A stretch of DNA of 52,122 nucleotides from Anthoceros angustus (Eukaryota; Plantae; Anthocerotophyta): the NCBI GenBank assembly GCA_010909165.1, contig MU008167.1, positions 1,737,220-1,789,341 on the forward strand, given 5' to 3'. A program made the position numbers and the translations under genes. The notes under the pieces are model-generated. The model was not told where the DNA came from. It did no database searches and saw only the letters and a program-made list of their open reading frames with translations. Every line of letters begins with the position of its first letter. Position 1 is the first letter of the stretch. Below, piece by piece: positions 47,385 to 52,122 of this stretch.

Positions 47385-50300
47385 TTAATGTATTCGTCTG
47401 AGACAAATAAAGCGGCGCTTATGTCATTCCGGAATCGCATGCCAGTATATGGCTGCGCCTCTCCCAAGTCATCATTTCAAAGTGAGCATTCAACTTTGAC
47501 TTCATGAAATCTCATCGATCTTGTTCGACAATTAGCATATCATCCACATAGAGGATCAAAATGAGCAAGCTTTGATCCTTAGCTTGCTTTATAGAGGCAA
47601 TGATCCTCATCGCTACGTTTGTAGCCTTGAGAAAGCATAAATGAGTGGAACTTGTGATACCACTCTCTGGTGCTGTTTCAAACCATAAAGGCTCTTCCTC
47701 GCACACACGGATGCTCTTTGCCCTTCTCAACAAAACCTTACGGTTCTTGCATGTATAGGCGTCCTCTTGAAGGTCACCATGCAAGAATGCCGTCTTGACA
47801 TCCATACAGTTCCATATCATTCACGGCAACCAAAGCGAGAACACGCAGTTGTCATTTTGACTCGGTGAGAAAATCTCATCAAAGTCAATGCCTGGTTGTT
47901 GCTTGAAACCCTTAGCAACCAGTCGTGCCTTGTACTTTGGTTTGCCATCAAGCGGTATGACCTTCATCTTGTACACCCATTTGCATGGTAGTGCCTTCTT
48001 ATCCTTAGGCAACAGAACCAACTCCCAAGTTTGGTTCTTATGCAGCGAATTCATTTCTGACTGCATGGCCTTCTCCCACTTCTCTTTGTTGCTCATTGAC
48101 ATGGCCTCGTTGTAAGAAGAGGGTTCCCCACAATCTGTCGGACATAATCCGAGATGGATCATACACAGAGGTGTAATCTGCACGACCTCTGAAACAGCAC
48201 CTCTATAGGTGCTTGTTCGACTCTTGGTTCATCTACGGTGGAGGAATGTGCTCCACGCACATTACCACGTTATCAACGCCCATGATGATCATGTCCATCT
48301 TCTTGGAAGATCACCCTTCGCACCTCCACGGTTGGAGTAGGCTTCACATCTTGTTCTCATTGAAGAACACGTCGTTAGTCGAACAACCTTTCTAGCCTCT
48401 GGATCCCACAAGCGGTATCCCATCTCACGGAATCACCATAGCCAAGAAAAATACATTTCTTGGACTTAGGTGCCAACTTGTCCCGAAACTCTTTTGGAAC
48501 ATGGCGGTATGCCTCACGCCAAACACTCATGATGCTTGTAGGATGGTTTCTTTCCACCATAGCTCCTGGAACTGCTCATCAATGACCTTATTAGGAGATC
48601 TGTTAAGATGAACTGCGATGAACGCTTACGCCCAAAACCCATTAGGCAATCCGAGTTTGACAACAAACTCGCATCCTCTCACGAATGGTTACATTCATCC
48701 TCGGCACACCATTTTGTGGAGGAGTATCTGGTGATCAATTCTCTTTTGATTCCTTGGAATCAGAATGACTGAAAGCTTTCGAAACATACTCACCATTATC
48801 GTCTTAGACACTTCAATCGGTGGCGGTGATTCTCTACAAGGGTGACAAATTTACGAAACACCGTGAACTTCATCCTTTTCCTCAAAGGATAAACCCACAC
48901 CTTGCGTGAGAAATCATCTATGAAAGTGACAAAATAGGCACCGCCTAATGATGATCATGGCATAGGTCCACATACATCACGTGAACCAACTCAAGAGGTT
49001 TACTCCTACTTTTACCTCTTGTTCGATGTGATGATTTTATCATTTCCCATATAAGCAGTGCTCACACATCGAGATCGAGAGAAGTTAAAACGAGGATATA
49101 ACGAGCGAGATAAAACCTTCATTCCCTTAGACATATGTCCTAAGCAATGCCACAAGGAAACATTTGGTGCTCTGTCACACGATCACATGATCTTTGATGT
49201 TTACAGTGAGTACAAAGTGCCACACTTGATCCACGAGCTAACACAAGAGAACCTTTGGAGATCTTCCAAGAGTGATCCCCAAAACCAGTGGTAACCAGCA
49301 TCATCCAAGCGCTAATCATGCTCTTTGTCAACTTGAACATGCCGTCCTTGCATGAATGAAGATCCGTTGTCAACTTGAGTTGCACATCACCTCGCTGCGA
49401 TCGGCATGCGTAGTTATTTCCAAGCCTAACGCATCCTTTCCTTGTAGCATCATCGTAAACCACACTCTCTATGAGTAACATGGAAAGATGCACCGAGTCA
49501 ATTATCCAATTGCGAGAATAAATGACTATCCACACGTTAATTGCGCATTCAAGTAAGAAGAGATAAGGACATCTCCGTCCTCAGAGTTTAACTCTTCCAA
49601 CTGACACGAAGTCGCCTTCTTGTCGTCTGCTTCTCTTTTCCTTGGTCCTTTTGAACTTCTCGCACTCTCTTTTGAAGTGACCCCTTTTGTGACAATAGTG
49701 ACACTCCACATTCTTATTACGACTACGAGATTTGCTACGAGAAAGCTTGTCGGTTGCTTCCCTTGATGGACCTCCCTCTCACTATGAGGGCACTTTGGAA
49801 CCTTTGGAAGGTTCCATGTTTTCCTGTTCACCTCCTCGTTAACAGGCTACCTTCTACATTTACAATGGTAAGACCACTAGCGGTAATTACTCAGGCATGC
49901 GAAAGGTGTCCCAACTCTCGGTAATGTGACCAGAAACATAGCTCTCTCGGAATGCGTGATACCTTGAGATGAGGCTGAAAATGGTATTGAAATCATTCGA
50001 TGATCGGACATCCTCGTCCCTTCCTTCATCTTCAAGTCCACCATGTTTCAACCAATACACGAAGCACTTTGCTTCTCATACAGTCACAACCACACGCATC
50101 GTAACTCGTGGTCTTATCTTTCACATTGAAGTACTGTTTTTGACAATGTTAGCATGATAGTAGATCTAGCAAGCTCATCCAGTCCCGCCACTCATCCTGA
50201 GTCATACTATCGGTTTGGCCTAACAACTTTATGGGCTTGATCGCTTTTTACGCACTAGAACATTATACACTTGTTCTTTCCGAGCGGGAAGTTAGTACCA

Positions 50301-51375
50301 TCTAACTTCGATATTGAACATGACGTTTTCGATGATGAAGACATCATGACTCAAAAAATCGTCTGATAAAACACTCGACGCCTTGTCGGAAAAGTCAAAG
50401 AAAACGATCCGTGCGGTGTGTATTTTGCCGTTGACTATTCCACCAGTATTCGAATATTTCGGCGAATTTTTACGCTCCGCCGGCGTTGGCACCCCTGTGC
50501 TGCCGCCGGCCACACGCGGCGCTGCCGCCCCGCGCCCGCACGGCGCCCGGCAACCACGGCGCGCCTGCACCCGCCGCCGGCCGCGCTGCGGCTGCGGCCG
50601 GCGCCCGCGCCTGCGGCTGCGCGCGCGCCACAGCCTGCGCGCGGCTGCGCGCCCGCGCCCGCGGCTGCGGCCCATGGCCGGCGCCCGCGCCCTGCGGCCG
50701 CGCCGGCACCCGCGGGCCCGCAGGCTGCGCGCCCTGCCGGCGCCCAGCGCCCGCCCGGCTGTGCCGCCGCGCTCGCTGGCGGCTGCACGCCGCGCCCGTG
50801 GCACCGGCGCTCCGCCGCGCCCGGCCAGCGCCCGCGGCGCCTGCCGCGGCTGCGCGGCTCCCGGCGCGCCCCGCTGCCTGCCCGCCCGCGGCCCGTGTTG
50901 CGCCGGCCTCCGCCCGTGCCGCCGCGGCCGCGCGCTCCGCCGCGGCCTCCACGGCCCGGCCGCCGCGGCCAGCGCAAACGGCTGCGGTGTGCCCTCGCTC
51001 ACGGCCTCGCCTCGCGGCCTGCGGCGTTGACCCTCGCCGCGATCTGGATCACCACCGCAATTCCACGAGCTGCGCACTGCGGCTAGAAAATTCTAGCATC
51101 ACAACACCAAACCAAGCTCGATACCGGTTGAAGGATCGTGTGACCATGCGGTGGGAGGAGAGGAGAGGAGGAGGCAAGTGTAGCTCTCTCACATTGAGAT
51201 GAGGCTTGGAGGGTATTTATACCTCCAATAGGGCTCCCTAGGAAGCTCCACAAGAAGCCCCTAGGAAGGAGCACAAGAAGCTTCTAGTGATTAGCTTGAC
51301 TAAACTAATGATATAGCGACACCTAACTTAGACTAAGTGTATTGGTCTAAGTGCATTGACTTTAATACCTTTACA
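47385..51375 (-). mobile_element. Ty1/copia element C (Tnt1-like), 3'-truncated within RT
   Basis: 5' LTR ~51127-51375 (starts TGTAAAGG; TATAAATA at ~51213-51220). tRNA-iMet-like PBS GGTATCGAGC (~51116-51125). gag MFNIE..DGTNF (~50330), zinc knuckle ECHYCHKRGHFKREC (~49665-49710), PR WIIDS, IN DKLAPKSKKCIFLGYG, RT KARLVAKGFKQ, MDVKTAFLHGDL and LYVDDMLI. Confidence 0.94.
50475..51040. other. Extremely GC-rich low-complexity tract in the 5' leader of copia C
   Basis: Almost entirely G/C by eye (GCGGCTGCG and CGCCCG motifs), lying between the PBS and the gag start. Confidence 0.85.
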
Positions 51376-52122
51376 TCCCTACCCATGTGGGTGTTGACAA
51401 AGGGGGCAGAGATGTAAGTAGTATGTAGGGCATGTCACCACATGGGTAGCATGTAGGGCGAGAGGCTCCCCTAGGAAATGATTAGGTAGGTAGATGGGTA
51501 GGATGAGAGTGTCTCCTCACACCAGGGTGGTGAGGTCTCCCTACCGTGAGGAGTGGTGAGTCTCCCTACGTAGGGTGGTGAGGTCTCCCCGTAGGGAGTG
51601 GTGAGGTCTCCCTGGTAGGGAGTGAGGTCTCCCTACATGGGCAGCGGAGGTGGGGTGCGACACCTACATGGGCACCTTGGGCAGCAAGCTTTCCAGTTAA
51701 GCGGAGGATGGTGGAAATGGTGCCATGGCAAGGAATGAGCAGCCTACATCAAGTAGTTTCAATGTCACTACCAAGGGGCCATGCGAGCTTGGTGTGTGAG
51801 CACCTAGGCAAGCTTGTGAGGAATCGCGAGGAAGAGCTTGTGCATGCAAGGGGCCAAGTGCAGGGCGAGGTTGGTTCGGAGGAAGCTAGGTATGGATGCC
51901 GTGAAGGGTTTTGAAGGACAAGGAAACAAGCTTATGAAGCACATGGTGGTAGTTTGGAGTGTGAGCTCGTTCTTTGGAAATATTGGGCGTGGACGGTGTG
52001 TGTGGAGGCTTGCAATAATTGTGGAGATGGAGTGCAAACCACGGGAAGAGCATGGGTCTCTTCTCCACCAAGCTTTAGATTTCATGATGTTGAGTGTGTG
52101 GCTCGGAGCCACTGTGGAATTA
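51376..52122 (+). mobile_element. Internal fragment of a giant-LTR family LTR with a ~25-bp tandem repeat (51525-51637)
   Basis: 51640-51850 matches 32680-33022. 51868-52025 matches 21543-21695. Repeat unit is approximately GGTGAGGTCTCCCTACCGTAGGGAGT. Confidence 0.8.

Noticed and set aside
50292-51202. Six overlapping long Ala/Arg/Gly/Pro-rich ORFs
   Set aside because: Open in all frames because the GC-rich tract lacks stop codons; no domain signal.

Overview
Repeat-dominated eukaryotic DNA, most likely from a land plant. A seed-free lineage is suggested by the Ty3/gypsy type and a PLS-class PPR fragment, but this is inference. Frequent 1-3 bp indels break nearly every reading frame, so proteins were read by hand across frameshifts and domain edges are approximate. 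No intact host gene, RNA gene or CRISPR array is visible. Main contents: (i) 1-18.1 kb is a mosaic of duplicated blocks containing a 5'-truncated copia element, an unknown minus-strand gene, a PPR fragment and a 22-bp minisatellite. (ii) 18915-31790 is a complete non-autonomous LTR element with two ~5.1-kb LTRs, only ~2.7 kb of internal sequence and a TACAC target-site duplication. (iii) 31835-37492 is a related LTR interrupted by a copia fragment. (iv) 37.5-39.1 kb is a coding-like island with weak DNA amino-methyltransferase-like motifs. (v) 39170-47375 is the pol-encoding relative of (ii), with a 4.8-kb 3' LTR. (vi) 47385-51375 is a 3'-truncated Tnt1-like copia element with an extremely GC-rich leader. 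The most notable pattern is that the giant LTRs of this gypsy family carry a conserved protein-coding gene inside the LTR itself, seen in several divergent copies.
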